Origin: Mytilus edulis
Taxonomy: Eukaryota
Reading direction: 5' to 3'
Assembly (NCBI RefSeq): GCF_963676685.1
Contig: NC_092345.1
Span: forward strand, 96,906,001 to 96,970,000
Length of the DNA: 64,000 bases
The notes under the pieces are model-generated. The model did not search any database. It had not been told where the DNA came from and worked only from the letters and a program-made list of their open reading frames with translations. This document shows, one piece after another, positions 23,841-38,524 of the stretch; the first letter of the stretch is position 1; each line of letters opens with the position of its first letter. The translations under genes and the position numbers were made by a program.

Positions 23841-24851
23841 ACAAGACCTTTGACTGATGACACTATTCAACCTTTTTACAAGATCTTTGACTGATGATAC
23901 TATACAACTTTTCACAAGACCTTTGACTGATGATACTATACAACCTTTTAACAAGACCTTTGACTGATGATACTATACAACATTTTCACAAGACCTTTGA
24001 CTGATGATACTATACAACCTTTTCACAAGACCTTTGACTGATGATACTATACAACCTTTTCACAAGTTTCACAAGACCTTTGACTGATGATACTATACAA
24101 CTTTTCACAAGACCTTTGACTGATGACACTATTCAACCTTTTCACAAGACCTTTGACTGATGATACTATACAACCTTTTCACAAGATCTTTGACTGATAA
24201 CACTATACAACCTTTTTACAAGACATTTGACTGATGATACTATACAACCTTTTCACAAGGCCTTTGACTGATGACACTATACAACCTTTTCACAAGACCT
24301 TTGACTGATGACACTATTCAACCTTTTCACAAGACCTTTGACTGATGACACTATTCAACCTTTTTACAAGACCTTTGACTGATGACACTATTCAACCCTT
24401 TTTACAAGACCTTTGACTGATGACACTATTCAACCTTTTTACAAGACCTTTGACTGATGACACTATTCAACCCTTTTTACAAGACCTTTGACTGATGACA
24501 CTATTCAACCTTTTTACAAGACCTTTGACTGATGACACTATTCAACCCTTTTTACAAGACCTTTGACTGATGACACTATTCAACCTTTTTACAAGACCTT
24601 TGACTGATGACACTATTCAACCTTTTCACAAGACCTTTGACTGATGACACTATACAACCTTTTCACAAGACCTTTGACTGATAACACTATACAACCTTTT
24701 TACAAGACCTTTGACTGATGATACTATACAACTTTTCACAAGACCTTTGACTGATGACACTATTCAACCTTTTTACAAGACCTTTGGCTGATGATACTTT
24801 TCAACCTTTTCACAAGACCTTTGACTGATGACACTATTCAACCTTTTCACA
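23841..24851. repeat. ~37-bp minisatellite, ~27 units
   Basis: Unit acaagacctttgactgatgacactattcaaccttttc. Confidence 0.95.
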
Positions 24852-26133
24852 CGTAATGATTAAGAAAGCTTTGTTCATGCTAAGTGTCATGTGCCCACTT
24901 TAGTCTGCCAATCTATCACGTGTTTGCAGATGAACGACAAATGAAAGGGCCTTATTTGTATACCTTACTCAAAATAAAACTTATTTTTTCCACAAACACA
25001 AAAGTAACCAGAATTTCAAGGTCTACAGACACGTCGGTTGACATCAGGTGTAAAATCAGGGTTCGTGCAATGTTAGCAGTAACAATGGATTCTATATACA
25101 ATGTGAGTACATCCACGATCGAATCAAAATTAGTTTAAACAATATTTCAGTATACATATACATAGTATACAGTTCTAATAGATGAAATAAATAGGATTTA
25201 GAAACAAGAAAAAAATGCTAACATTTAACAAATACATTTCGTATATGGTCATAATAATGTCTGCGAAATAATAGTAATTCAACATAACGTCGTTCATACA
25301 ATTTATCATTATACTCGGAAATGTATAATTCTTCAATGTGTTATAAAGATTAGATATTATAGATTATTTGCATATAAATGGTTGAGTAAATTCATATTTT
25401 TCCCAGTGGGATTTTCTTTTTGCAAAGAAATTAATTGATTGTTATGAGGTCATTCTAAGGTCTTTGAATAGTATAAGAAAGAAACTGGATCAATTATATT
25501 ATTAATGGTTATTTTGATTGTTCAACATGCAGCTGATGATGTGTTTGTCTCTATCTAAAAATTAGAAAAATGTAGATTTTCTTCGAACCCAATCTAATCA
25601 AAATATAGATCTCTGATTTTGTTCTCCTCATATTAATCGAGTAACGATAGATCGAACCAGGTGTTATATTCGATTTGCTTGACAGTGTTCTATTACCTTA
25701 TTATTTTGGAACAGACGAAATTAGTGTTGAACAAAACACAATCCTTTTCTGAAATATACAGTTATATATACGCCATACTGACAAAACGATTCTTTGATTA
25801 ATACTGCTGTATCTTAAAGTGTACTCATGTCCAACTGTTACTGTTTTAACACAATATAATTTATTGTATATGTTTTGTTCATATTAGACTGATTTATATA
25901 ATTACTGTCTTCTTGAAATTTTGTATATTGTACTTAATTGGAAGTAATTATTTTAAGTTGTTAGAATTTGTATCGAAGCCTATTGTATAATTACTATTTA
26001 GACAATAAGATATGTTTAAACTAAACCTTATAATAGGTTTGACTGTCCCTTTGGGATCTTTCGTCCCTCTTTTACTATCGCTATATATGTGGACTGAGCT
26101 CTTGAGGACTTGCGAACTATTTGGTATTGCTGA

Positions 26134-28624
26134 TTGACTGTTATTGCTTGATGGCTCCATCAATCCATGTGATTTTGTTTCTATACCTTGACTGTTACTG
26201 CTAGATAGCTCCATCAATCGATGTGATTTTGTTTCTATACCTTGACTGTTACTGCTTGATGGCTCCATCAATTCATGTGATTTTGTTTCTATACCTTGAC
26301 GGCTCCATCAATCCATGTGATTTTGTTTCTATACCTTGAGTTTTACTGCTTGATGGCTCCATCAATCCATGTGATTTTGTTTCTATACCTTGACTGTTAC
26401 TGCTTGATGGCTCCATCAATCCATGTGATTTTGTTTCTATACCTTGACTGTTACTGCTTGATAGCTCCATCAATCGATGTGATTTTGTTTCTATACCTTG
26501 ACTGTTACTGCTTGATGGCTCCATCAATCCATGTGATTTTGTTTCTATACCTTGACGGCTCCATCAATCCATGTGGTTTTGTTTCTATACCTTGAGTGTT
26601 ACTGCTTGATGGCTCCATCAATCCATGAGATTTTGTTTCTATACCTTGACTGTTACTGCTTGATGGCTCCATCAATCCATGTGATTTTGTTTCTATACCT
26701 TGACTGTTACTGCTTGATGGCTCCATCAATCCATGTGATTTTGTTTCTATACCTTGACGGCTCCATCAATCCATGTGATTTTGTTTCTATACCTTGACTG
26801 TTACTGCTTGATGGCTCCATCAATCCATGTGATTTTGTTTCTATACCTTGATGGCTCCATCAATCCATGTGATTTTGTTTCTATACCTTGACTGTTACTG
26901 CTTGATGGCTCCATCAATCCATGTGATTTTGTTTCTATACCTTGACTGTTACTGCTTGATGGCTCCATCAATCCATGTGATTTTGTTTCTATACCTTGAC
27001 GGCTCCATCAATCCATGTGATTTTGTTTCTATACCTTGACTGTTACTGCTTGATGGCTCCATCAATCCATGTGATTTTGTTTCTATACCTTGATGGCTCC
27101 ATCAATCCATGTGATTTTGTTTCTATACCTTGACTGTTACTGCTTGATGGCTCCATCAATCCATGTGATTTTGTTTCTATACCTTGACTGTTACTGCTTG
27201 ATAGCTCCATCAATCGATGTGATTTTGTTTCTATACCTTGACTGTTACTGCTTGATGGCTCCATCAATCCATGTGATTTTGTTTCTATACCTTGACGGCT
27301 CCACCAATCCATGTGATTTTGTTTCTATACCTTGAGTGTTACTGCTTGATGGCTCCATCAATCCATGAGATTTTGTTTCTATACCTTGACTGTTACTGCT
27401 TGATGGCTCCATCAATCCATGTGATTTTGTTTCTATACCTTGACTGTTACTGCTTGATGGCTCCATCAATCCATGTGATTTTGTTTCTATACCTTGACGG
27501 CTCCATCAATCCATGTGATTTTGTTTCTATACCTTGACTGTTACTGCTTGATGGCTCCATCAATCCATGTGATTTTGTTTCTATACCTTGACTGTTACTG
27601 CTTGATGGCTCCATCAATCCATGTGATTTTGTTTCTATACCTTGACTGTTACTGCTTGATGGCTCCATCAATCCATGTGATTTTGTTTCTATACCTTGAC
27701 GGCTCCATCAATCCATGTGATTTTGTTTCTATACCTTGACTGTTACTGCTTGATGGCTCCATCAATCCATGTGATTTTGTTTCTATACCTTGATGGCTCC
27801 ATCAATCCATGTGATTTTGTTTCTATACCTTGACTGTTACTGCTTGATGGCTCCATCAATCCATGTGATTTTGTTTCTATACCTTGACGGCTCCATCAAT
27901 CCATGTGATTTTGTTTCTATACCTTGACTGTTACTGCTTGATGGCTCCATCAATCCATGTGATTTTGTTTCTATACCTTGATGGCTCCATCAATCCATGT
28001 GATTTTGTTTCTATACCTTGACTGTTACTGCTTGATGGCTCCATCAATCCATGTGATTTTGTTTCTATACCTTGACTGTTACTGCTTGATGGCTCCATCA
28101 ATCCATGTGATTTTGTTTCTATACCTTGACTGTTACTGCTTGATAGCTCCATCAATCGATGTGATTTTGTTTCTATACCTTGACTGTTACTGCTTGATGG
28201 CTCCATCAATCCATGTGATTTTGTTTCTATACCTTGACGGCTCCACCAATCCATGTGATTTTGTTTCTATACCTTGAGTGTTACTGCTTGATGGCTCCAT
28301 CAATCCATGTGATTTTGTTTCTATACCTTGACTGTTACTGCTTGATGGCTCCATCAATCGATGTGATTTTGTTTCTATACCTTGACTGTTACTGCTTGAT
28401 GGCTCCATCAATCCATGTGATTTTGTTTCTATACCTTGACGGCTCCATCAATCCATGTGATTTTGTTTCTATACCTTGACTGTTACTGCTTGATGGCTCC
28501 ATCAATCCATGTGATTTTGTTTCTATACCTTGATGGCTCCATCAATCCATGTGATTTTGTTTCTATACCTTGACTGTTACTGCTTGATGGCTCCATCAAT
28601 TCATGTGATTTTGTTTCTATACCT
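26134..28624. repeat. 54/40-bp mixed-unit minisatellite, 2.5 kb
   Basis: Unit tgactgttactgcttgatggctccatcaatccatgtgattttgtttctatacct and a variant 14 bp shorter. Confidence 0.95.
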
Positions 28625-29307
28625 ATTGTAGACTGTTAATCCTGGGTAGTATCTCTCTCCAAATTGTCAGGGTTTCGCTTCTGTTAGTCATCAAAGCGAC
28701 ACTTTGTTCAGTTATCAACGTATCCATGATAGTTTTAAAACATTCCCCATTTCCTTTCTCAATTTTATTAAAAGTCCCTCAAAATACATACAATGGTTCT
28801 CCATCCCTTCTGGTATAGCCTAAGGTACATTAGAACTCCTAAGTCGAGACTGTCAATGAAATATTTGTCACTGGGTGTTAAAGCAAACAATAACCAAGCA
28901 AGAAAACAAAGGATGTGAGACATCGCCAAGTCTTTATCCCTTTTCACTTAATTTTTATGTACACGGCATGATTATCTGGTATCATTTTATGGAGTCTATG
29001 TTATGGAAAAGGTTTAAGCTAGAAATTGAATCTTTGAATATTTGGAAATATTAATAATATTTATGTTATTGATAAATGCAAATGTTAAGAGGAATCACCA
29101 CAAAAAGCTAGACAGTTAAACAAACCACACCATCCAAAAACACTTTGACCCCCACCGAAAAAATAGAACTTCAAACAGAGACAACTAAAAAACACACTAA
29201 CTGACAAATGGATAATATAACCAGCTGGCCTAAACCAGTCAGAAATGACCGCACCCTATACCTATCTAAAGACCATATGTCGTAAACCTTGAAAACTAAT
29301 TAATTAA

Positions 29308-29935
29308 AAACTAGGCTGTATGATATAATAAGCAGATGAGAAGACACAATTACAAACTATGCTGTAGGAGATACTAAGCGCTCGAGAAGACACAATTTAT
29401 TACAAACTATGACGTAGGAGATATTAAGCGCTCGAGAAGACACAATAACAAACAATGTTATAGGAGATACTTCAGCGCTCTAGAAGACACAATTACAATT
29501 TAGGCTATTGGAGATAATAAGCGCTCGAGAAGACACAATTACAAACTAGGCTGTAGGAGATACGAAGCGCTTGAGAAGACACAATTACAAACTAGGCAGT
29601 AGGAGATACTAAGCGTTTGAGAAGACACACTCACAAATTTTGCTGTAGAAAATATTAAGCGCTCGAGAAGACACAATTACAAACTAGGCTGTATGAGATA
29701 CTAAGTGCTCGAGAAGACACAATTACAAACTAGGCTGTAGGAGATACTAAGTGCTCGAGAAGACACAATTACAAACTAGGCTGTAGGAGATACTAAGTGC
29801 TCGAGAAGACACAATTACAAACTATGTTGTAGGAGATACTTAGCGCCAGAGAAGACACATGTACAAACTAGGCTGTATGAGATACTAAGCGCTCGAGAAG
29901 ACACAATTACAAACTTGGCTGTAGAAGATACTAAG
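29308..29935. repeat. 46-bp minisatellite, ~13 units
   Basis: Unit gagaagacacaattacaaactaggctgtaggagatactaagcgctc. Confidence 0.9.
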
Positions 29936-30994
29936 CATTCACAGTGTCAATCAATATAGTATTAAATCATTGATAGCTAATTTGTTTGCAATATTAAATA
30001 TTAAAGCATCTTTAAACTATCTTTCCATTTTCCAATTATATTAACTTAAAAAGAACGCGAACTATAATGACATTCTGACAGATAAATCCGCGCGATACGA
30101 CTGATTTTCTGAATTTGAAATTGTAAGAGTAATCAACTAAATGGACACAGATATCTCTCTTATCATAGTTCGAACTTCTTTGAAGACACTTAATCTTATT
30201 TTTTAGGTGAAGTTTTATTTATTATGGAAATAACGAAAGTACTAGAAGTTTCCTCCACTATTTTACACTTGAAATAATCTAGAGTATACCTAACATTGAA
30301 ATAAATCAAAACTTTGAAGTGTGGATCAATATTGCATCCATTTCTCCAAATAATGGCGAGTGCAATGAAATCGAGAAGTGTATAATTTCGTTGAATATTT
30401 TATAACGGCCTTGATTGCTAGCTGTTATATCAGCTGATAAAAAGTATAATATACCAAACTCTCGTGATTGACGATTTTAAAAACTCACTTTTATATTTGC
30501 TTCATTCGAAGCACAAAGAAACATATCTCCATCACTCTTTGTTGATAAAAAGAGACAAGGCAACTTACATAATCAACAAAAGAAATTTATACCATTTTTT
30601 ATAACTTTTACAAGAGCAAATTTCACTCACATCTATTTCAAGTGAATTTAAATTCATGTGAATCTCACGTGAAATTCGCTCAACCTGAAATGCGAAGTCA
30701 GTTCCAAATAATCATTTTAGTTGGGCACATTAAAAGTGGAACATCGGTTTACCAGAAGGTTGAAGTTGACTCTGTTGATACTACTCAGTTTAATATTTAT
30801 CAACTGTTCATAGTAACAAACAACCTTTGATACCATATCTTTCCAACTTTTTAAAAGAAATATAGGACTCTCATTATCACTAAGAATTCGGCACTTTATA
30901 CATCGGTCATGCACAGATACCAGTCGAGAAGAGATTAAAACAAACCCATGCATATCATATGCGGATTCAGCCCTTTCGTGGAGAAAATGACTAA

Positions 30995-31293
30995 GGGAGC
31001 TACCATTTGATTTTTATGGGGGAGCTAGGATGAAATTTGAAAAAAATAGGCAGGACAGGAGTTTTGAGTAAAAAAAAAAAGGCAGGATGAGCAACTTGGT
31101 AAAAAAAAAAGGCAGGATGACAATTTGTGTAAAAAAAAGTCAGGATAAACTAGTAAAAAAAAAGGCAGGACCGAATAGAGTAAAAAATAAAAAGGCAGAA
31201 CAGGGATAACAACTAAAAAAAAAAGCAGGACAAAATTTTTCATCCTAGCCCCCCCCCCCCCCCCCCCCCCATAAAAATAAAATGGTAGCTCCA
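30995..31293. mobile_element. Harbinger-type MITE (family of 1462, inverted) nested in a GCGGATCC-type MITE
   Basis: TAA TSD and same TIRs; flanked by gcggattcagc (30961) and ggatccggcgctg (~31342). Confidence 0.85.
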
Positions 31294-33385
31294 TAAGGGA
31301 ATCACTAAAGCCCGACTGTGGCCCCCTTAAAAAACGTTGCGGATCCGGCGCTGTAAATATACTTTAAGCACTGTTCACAACAAAGACTGCACACGGTGAA
31401 ATGTCTTGCCTGTTTTACTTACCTTTGACTTTTTGTTGAGAGTCTGTAGTATGAACGTTATGAAGTACCACACAAACTTAGCATTGCATTGTTAATATTC
31501 TATGAAATGAGGTCAGGGTGAGATGAACCATGTCAAACAGATATGCTGATTATGCGGTATGGGATTTGCTCATAGTTAAAGGCCGTACGGTGACCTATAG
31601 TTGTTAATTTTAGGTGTTATTTAGTCTCTTGTGGAGTGTTGTCTCATTGCAAGCATACCACATCTTTTCTTATATTCACATCCTGAGAAAAAGATCAAAC
31701 AAAACTTACCTTTGACAAATGAACCATTAAAATGAGATCAAGTTCATATGAACCCTGACAGACAGACATGTACATATTGCAATCATACACCAAATATAGT
31801 TGACCTATTGCTTATAGTATATGATAAATATACCATACTGCAAACACAAAATCTTGTTCAATGAACCACCAAATTGAGGTCAAGGTAAAATGAAACCTAA
31901 AAGTCGGAACCCTACCTGACAGATGTTACATGGAACTTATACAAAATAGTTATCCCACAACTCTTAATAATATATTGTGAGTATTTCACTTAAAAAGGTA
32001 TTTTTTTTAAATTTTCAAGCAGTCACTAAACCATGAAAACTAGATCAAGGACAATGGACATAAAAACATGTCCAACAGAAGTTAACTTCAGGACATGAGA
32101 TATATACAAACTATGAAGCATCCAGGTCTTCTTCCTTCTGAAATATAAAGCTTTAAACAAATAGCTCATGTTGTACCCCGATTGTTATCCCTTTCTTGAA
32201 TTGAAGAATTCACTTGCTAGACACAAAAAAATCTGGTCTTGTACCTGTGCTTATATCAGCAAATGTCTCACTATAAAAAAAATGCTTACTTGAAGCAGAC
32301 AAAATCGAATAATACATTTTAAAATTTAATAGTAAAGAGATGAGTTGAGAAGCTGGGCAGTAAGGTATGAAATCAGAATGAAATTTACACAAAAATTTGT
32401 AAGAAACTAAATGATTAATGTGTTAAAGACTTATTTTCTCGTGTAACATAATCCAAGAATGAAGTGAAACTACACTGATCTTTCTCCATTCTAGAGGAAT
32501 AGCTTATGCCAATTTCCAATCATTCAGAAATATTCTTGAGAGCTAATGGTCAAACAGTATACATGAGGGAAATGCAATTTAATACAAAATCCTAATGATT
32601 AATGTGTTTACAATTATTTTCTCTTGCACCTTGATAATTAATACAAGAAAGATGTAAAACTACTCTATTATTTGAGGGCATTGACTTATCTCTATTTTTG
32701 AAAATAGGAATAATATATGCCAATTTCCAATCATTTGGAAATATTTTTGAGAGAGTGCTTTGTTTTAAAAACAGAATATATAAGGGAAGTTAAATTTCAC
32801 TTTTTACCATTCTTAACATTTGATTTCTAATTTTGTCTGGTCGAACAGCTTTATTTAGAACTCAGGCAGAAATAATACCTTGAACTTCTTCAGGTGCAGT
32901 AATTTCTGAAAATATGTTATTCTCTTTATGCCCAAAACCTGGCAAGTTAAAATTTCATTCAAATTTTCATAAATTATTGTACATGTATTGGTAAATTTTT
33001 GCCAACATTTCAATTCAAACCCAAACATTTGCTTGAAGGAAAAATTCTTCAGTGGACTATATGGATTTGCAAAATGCAAATGCTTAAACCTTTTCAATCA
33101 TCTACAGTACATAAACAGAACCAAGTTCTAACAAGTTGTTCAGGTTGTATAAGATGAATAAAATATAAAATTAGCTTAAAGATAATCCTAGTATCACATA
33201 TCAATAGTTGTTATTCTTGATTCTGTTTGCATAATAATCAAGAATAATTTGTTTTCTAAAATCAAAGATTTATTATTGTTTAGTTTGGTCTGTTTGATGT
33301 TGAGATGAAAGGAAATATTTGATGTTTTATGAAATAATAAATGCAATTAGAGTGTCAAGTGAATCACATAATATATGGTAAAACT

Positions 33386-34829
33386 TTATTCAACTTTATG
33401 TTTTGCAAAAAATCTAGCTACACTGCTGACTACTTGTCCATATTTCTCTGCTTTACATAAACATTTACTAATCCAATCTGGTAACTTTGATGATACATTT
33501 CCTCGGCTGTAACGTTTATCAAGCAACAAAATAACTGCGTAATCACCTTTGTGGCGTATAGATCTTCCAATAGATTGATTAACAGCTTTCATGCAGATAT
33601 TCTCATAATGAACTTGACCTGGTTGTCTGCCTAGAGAATCACGTTCATAGTTTGCATTTAAATAGGACATTTTTTCCTGAAGTTCAGGAGATTTAATGTT
33701 TGGATAGGGAAGTCCAACCATGATGATCATTCGACCAAGATCGTCTGAAAAGTTAATACCCTCACTCATTTTCCCTCCAACAACACAGAACAGAATGGCG
33801 CCTGTCTGACTTCCAGCAGAAGACAAGACATTTTTCTGTACACATTTTGTATACTCATCCAAGACTTTATCTACAAACCCTGCTCGCTTGGGTTCTTGGA
33901 ATATTCTTTTCTTTTTTCCAATCTGAATAAGAGTCCCCGATCTTTCCCAGTGAGTGTAGACAAGACGTTGATAATCATATGATGGAAAGAAGCAAACAAT
34001 ACCACCAGGTACAATCTGACAAGCATTTACCAAAGCATTACCAAGCTCTGTCAAAAGCTTGGGGTTTTCTCTTGATTGAAAGGTAAAGTCTAGTGGCATT
34101 CCTGATGGTCCAGCTTCTACAGAAAAAGCTTTCAAATTTTCTTCTGGAATCACATGACCACAGGAATATTCCATTATTCTGCAGGGAGTAACTCCAGCAG
34201 AATGAAAAAGTTGATGTTTAAATTCATCAATAGGTTGCATTGTACCACCTGCTACAATAACAGATTTTACATTCTTTACAATGTCAGTAAAATGCACAGC
34301 AGGATTTAACAGCAAGAATTTCATACTAGACTGACTGACTAATGGCTGCTTATTTACAACAATCCTTCCATCTTTGTCTGCATTAGTCAAAGCATCTAGG
34401 AACCCTTCGATGTGCATTAAGGGAGATCTCAGAACAGTTTCTTCTTGTTGTTTTGGTATATTCGAAGGAACATCAGTTGGTTTCTGTTCAACTTGAGTAA
34501 TCTCCTTTAAAAAATTGCTGACTCCTGATTTTTTCTCTTCTTTTTTTATTGGTATTTCAGTGTCTTGGTATTTTTCAGCAAAGCCATTCAACTTTTTAGA
34601 AATCATGCTAACCTTACAATAAACTAGGATTTTAAACAAGTTCATATTGTCAAGTTGACTGTGATCTAGGAATGTATTTACTGTTATTAATTTTGTTTTA
34701 ACAGTTTTTGTAGTTTGTTGTTCACCAGGAATACCAGTTTTACCATCAATACATTTCACAAGACAGGACAGAATATATAATATCTGCTTTATATACAGTA
34801 AGTTCTTTGCTTTCAGTCTGGATCGATAC
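33386..34829 (-). CDS. DDX11: DDX11/ChlR1 helicase, last coding exon
   Basis: AGGTMQP, FFPSY, GGKMSEGINFSD, VGLPYPN, AVNQSIGRSIRHKGDYA; acceptor ttttcag|g; phase fits the upstream exon (ENR-YRSR). Confidence 0.95.
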
Positions 34830-34964
34830 CTGAAAAATAAAGTGAGCCAAATAATTAAATCACCCATTGAGTACTTTCAACATAGAAATAGAATTATTAA
34901 AGGTTTATTCTTCCAAATCAATCAGTGTAAATGTCTTAAAACATTGATAGCCACATCACATAAA

Positions 34965-35742
34965 ACTAGAGGCTCTCAAGAGCCTGTGTCGCTCACCTGA
35001 GTCTACTTGGGTTTTGGAAATCATATAAAAAAAAGATAAAAATCATAACAGATACTTAAAGATTGATTGAGGCCAAATTTGGTTTAGTATTTAATAATAA
35101 ATCCTGGTGGCCATCTTGAACAGTAAATCAGCAACAAAGTAGCAACACTTCATCAGCACCTCATAAGGAACATTTATGACATGTTTAGATTCATTCCAAG
35201 CAGTGGTTCTCTAAAAGAAGATATGTGTATGTATTTCCCATAGGGTTCTCTAAAAGAAGATATTTGTATGTATTTCCCATAGGGTTCTCTAAAAGAAGAT
35301 ATTTGTATGTATTTCCCATAGGGTTCTCTAAAAGAAGATATTTGTATGTATTTCCCATAGAGTCCTATGTTAAACTAAGTCCCTTGCTTGTGGCCATCTT
35401 GAATGATGGATCAGCTACAAAGTTGCAACACTTGGTCAACACCTCATAAGAAACATTCATGCTATGTTTGGGTTCATTCCATTCAGAGGTTCTCTAAAAG
35501 AAGACATTTGTATTTATTTCCCATAGGGTCTCGTGTTAAACTAAGTTACTAAGTCCTGCTGGTGGCCATCCTTGTTGATGGATCGGCTACAAAGTAACAA
35601 GACTTGGTCAGCACCCATGCCATGTTTGGTTCCATTCCATTTGTTGGTTCTCTAGAAGTTCAAAATGTAAAAAGTTAACGACAACAACACCAGACGCCAA
35701 GTGATGAGAATAGCTTACTTGGCCTATGGGCCAGGTGAGCTA
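34965..35742 (-). mobile_element. Helentron-associated (HINE/pearl-like) element with internal 39-bp repeats
   Basis: Ends aactagaggctc..gagcctgtgtcgctcacct and ttggcc...ggccaggtgagcta shared with the copies at 38985 and 48599. Confidence 0.7.
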
Positions 35743-36477
35743 AAAAGATGCAAGTTAGCATTTAGAGGACAATGACATCTTTAAATTCTAGTCAATCTAA
35801 AAACAAATTGGATTTTGCACTTGCAAGGTATACTACCAGGTTGTTATTCATTTGGAAAGAAAGATTCATGTCATATGTAATAAACAGCACATTAAACTAA
35901 GATTTGGAAATTTTCATTATTTTACGTCAAGGAGTTATTTCCCCATTCAAACCCGACACTTAGTTGTTAAATATTGTTGGTAAACATGAAAAATGAAGAG
36001 TACAAATAAATACATGAAAAATTGTTGATTAATGATAAAAATTATTTCTACTTCTCAGTAGATCAGCAAACTTGAGGATACTTGTTAAGATATGCATTGC
36101 AGTTAACCAAAAAGTGATTCCTCTTAAAATACCAATAACTGTATGGTATAATTTCAAGATTACATGCATGTATACCTATATCAGTTGACAGAACTTATAG
36201 TGTCCCTGAAGCTCAGCAATTGGCTGCATGTCCATTGAATTTGGTATGGAGAAAAAGTACATTTATATATTTCCATTGCAGCTCCGTTGAACAGTTGATT
36301 GTAAGAATTAATTATTTACAATAAATAAGCTGCAAAATGTTTAATAAAATAACTCGAAAAACATATCCAATTGCTTTATGTGAAATATTCCACCATATTA
36401 ATTTCTTCAGGAGATTTCCTACTCTGCAGGCTTGAGAAAATGACACCTAGGACATTTATATTAGATAAAAACCATAC

Positions 36478-36730
36478 CTGTTTTCATACTGGGTAAGTTG
36501 AGAAAATGCTCTTAGTAATTGTGACCCTGTGACCTCTACACTGTGAATATTATTAATAGTTTCTAGAAGGTTGTGAGCTTCGTCTATAATGACAATGTTT
36601 CCGTCCAGTTTAATACCACATGCTTCCCTGGTAGATTTATGTAGTAAGGTATTATAAGGTAACACCACTAACTCTGCTAAAGGTATGGCATATCTTGTAC
36701 TATAGTATGGACAGGCTTTTGCTTGCTTTC
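36478..36730 (-). CDS. DDX11: DDX11 coding exon 3
   Basis: ACPYY, VVLPY, IIDEAHN (Walker B); AG/GT boundaries in phase. Confidence 0.95.
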
Positions 36731-37228
36731 CTGAAGAAGAAAAAAATATATATATATTGACCTTTTTTCATTCATATTTTAAGTTTTATTGGATTCATTT
36801 CATTCATTCTCTCATAGTTGTGCTGAGTGATAACTTTCAGTAAGAACTGCTTCTATTTACTACACAATGTTAAACCAAAATAAAGGTTTCCAAGGCACAA
36901 TAACAAACTCCTTAGATAATTTGTAGGTTCAAAAATGTATACATGAAATATCATGATTCAAACTTAAAGTTCATGTCATGCATGTATATCTAGTTATTAC
37001 TGGCAAACACTGTAAATTAACAAATTCAAATTATGTACATGATGTATGAACATTGAGTTTAAATGTAATTTTGTTGTAATGTATCTCTGTTTAACATTCA
37101 AACAAAAATAGTTAGTCCAATTGGGGTCCATTATGTCATTCTTTTTATGCATTTTGATGCTTCAACCTATCTCAAGCTTTAATGAGAAATACCAAATAAA
37201 ACAATATAGAGGTGCTTTCCCACATTAC

Positions 37229-38326
37229 CTGCTGTAACTATTTGTTCCATATCCATGGCCTCCAGTAAAAGTTTGTTTTTAAAATCAGACATTGGTTCCT
37301 GCCTGTAGTATGGACATGATACTCCTCCCTTCTTCTTCTTTTTGGCAGCAGCTTCTCCTGATGGTTCTCGTGGTGTGGATTTATTTTTCTGTAGGTCTAA
37401 ACACACTTCATTCATCATACTTAAAGCCTTCAATCGTGTTACAGCTGGGTTGATACATAAATTTTGTCTTGACCCAAGGGAAACAACTCTAATGTCATCC
37501 CCATATGGACTTTTTATTACCTCCCTTACAAACTGTGATAGCTGTGAATGAGTTCTGCTGCAGAAATATATTTTAGTTACATGCTCTTCAGGTTCATCAA
37601 CACGCTTATCTTCCAAATCGTTTTCTCTGTCACTATCATAATCAACAATCAGCTCTTCATCATTACACCCCTCAGTTAATTTATCCGACTGGTTCTCGGT
37701 TTCATCAACTTCTTTTTGGTAGGCTATTTGTATATCTTTGGATGCAGTTTTTATCAAACTGTCAAATTCATCCTCTAAAACAGTTCTTTTTCTTTTAATA
37801 ACCTTTGCTTTTAAATCAGACTTCAGATCCTTAACTTTTAATTCATGTTTTCTTAAAACCTCTTGCTCTTCTATTACTTTTTTCAGGTCCTCTTCTTTTT
37901 CTTTTTTGTGTTTAAATTCAGAAATCCAATCAAACTCATCCCCATCAGTTTTCTTGGCTGTTATTTTCATTTCTAATTCCTCAAGTCTTTTTAATTCTGC
38001 TTTCTGTTTTTCTTGAAAATCTCTCAGCCATTTTAATGCACCACATATTATGCTGAGAGATTTGCCTGTTCCTGTAGGACTTTCAAAGATTCCAATTTTC
38101 CCCAATTCAATACATTCATAAAGTCTAGACATAAAATCTTCCTGGATATCATATGGTTCAAATGGAAAGGGAAATTTCGAAGGAACATTTACTTTGCCTT
38201 CAGAAGTTGATACTGCTGTTTGGCTTTTAGTTGACCCGCAAGTTGCAATAATAGAGAAATTGGATTGAACTTTTTTGTAGGAACTTTCACGTTGTCTCTC
38301 TGTAGAATTTGATATTTTCAATTCAT
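37229..38326 (-). CDS. DDX11: DDX11 coding exon 2
   Basis: FPFPFEPYDIQ (Q motif), ESPTGTGKS (Walker A), SRTHSQLSQ, Fe-S cysteines SRQNLC / C / CPYY; tttttcag| acceptor and |gtaatg donor. Confidence 0.95.
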
Positions 38327-38524
38327 CTGAAAAAAAGTAGAGAAATGAACTGTCAGAACTGTATCATGTGTATATAGTCATCTCACAAAAAACTATCTTA
38401 AAATTTCTTAAAACATGCTTTAGATACACGTGTTTAAGGGCTGAAAAGTGGTTTTAAATTTTGTTTCCATTCATAGAAATAATTTCAAGTTTACAAAAAG
38501 ATATAAACAAAACAATCTACACAA

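Larger units (their letters stand above)
21201..24915. repeat. Local diverged segmental triplication (21201-21955, 22405-23410, 23670-24915)
   Basis: Shared blocks such as acagtatcaattttaaattctat, tgaacgtggtaaaagtgtag and tccaatagtt...gaaggctgatt...cacgaagaa. Confidence 0.8.

Noticed and set aside
25948-28479. Repetitive ORFs (MEPSSSNSQGIETKSHGL / MAPSIHVILFLYLDCYCL)
   Set aside because: Minisatellite translations repeatedly frameshifted by the 40-bp units.
18961-29935. CRISPR-like arrays
   Set aside because: Units are head-to-tail without unique spacers, the context is eukaryotic and there are no cas genes.
30642-30953. Short ORFs downstream of DDX11
   Set aside because: No recognisable motifs or consistent exon phases.
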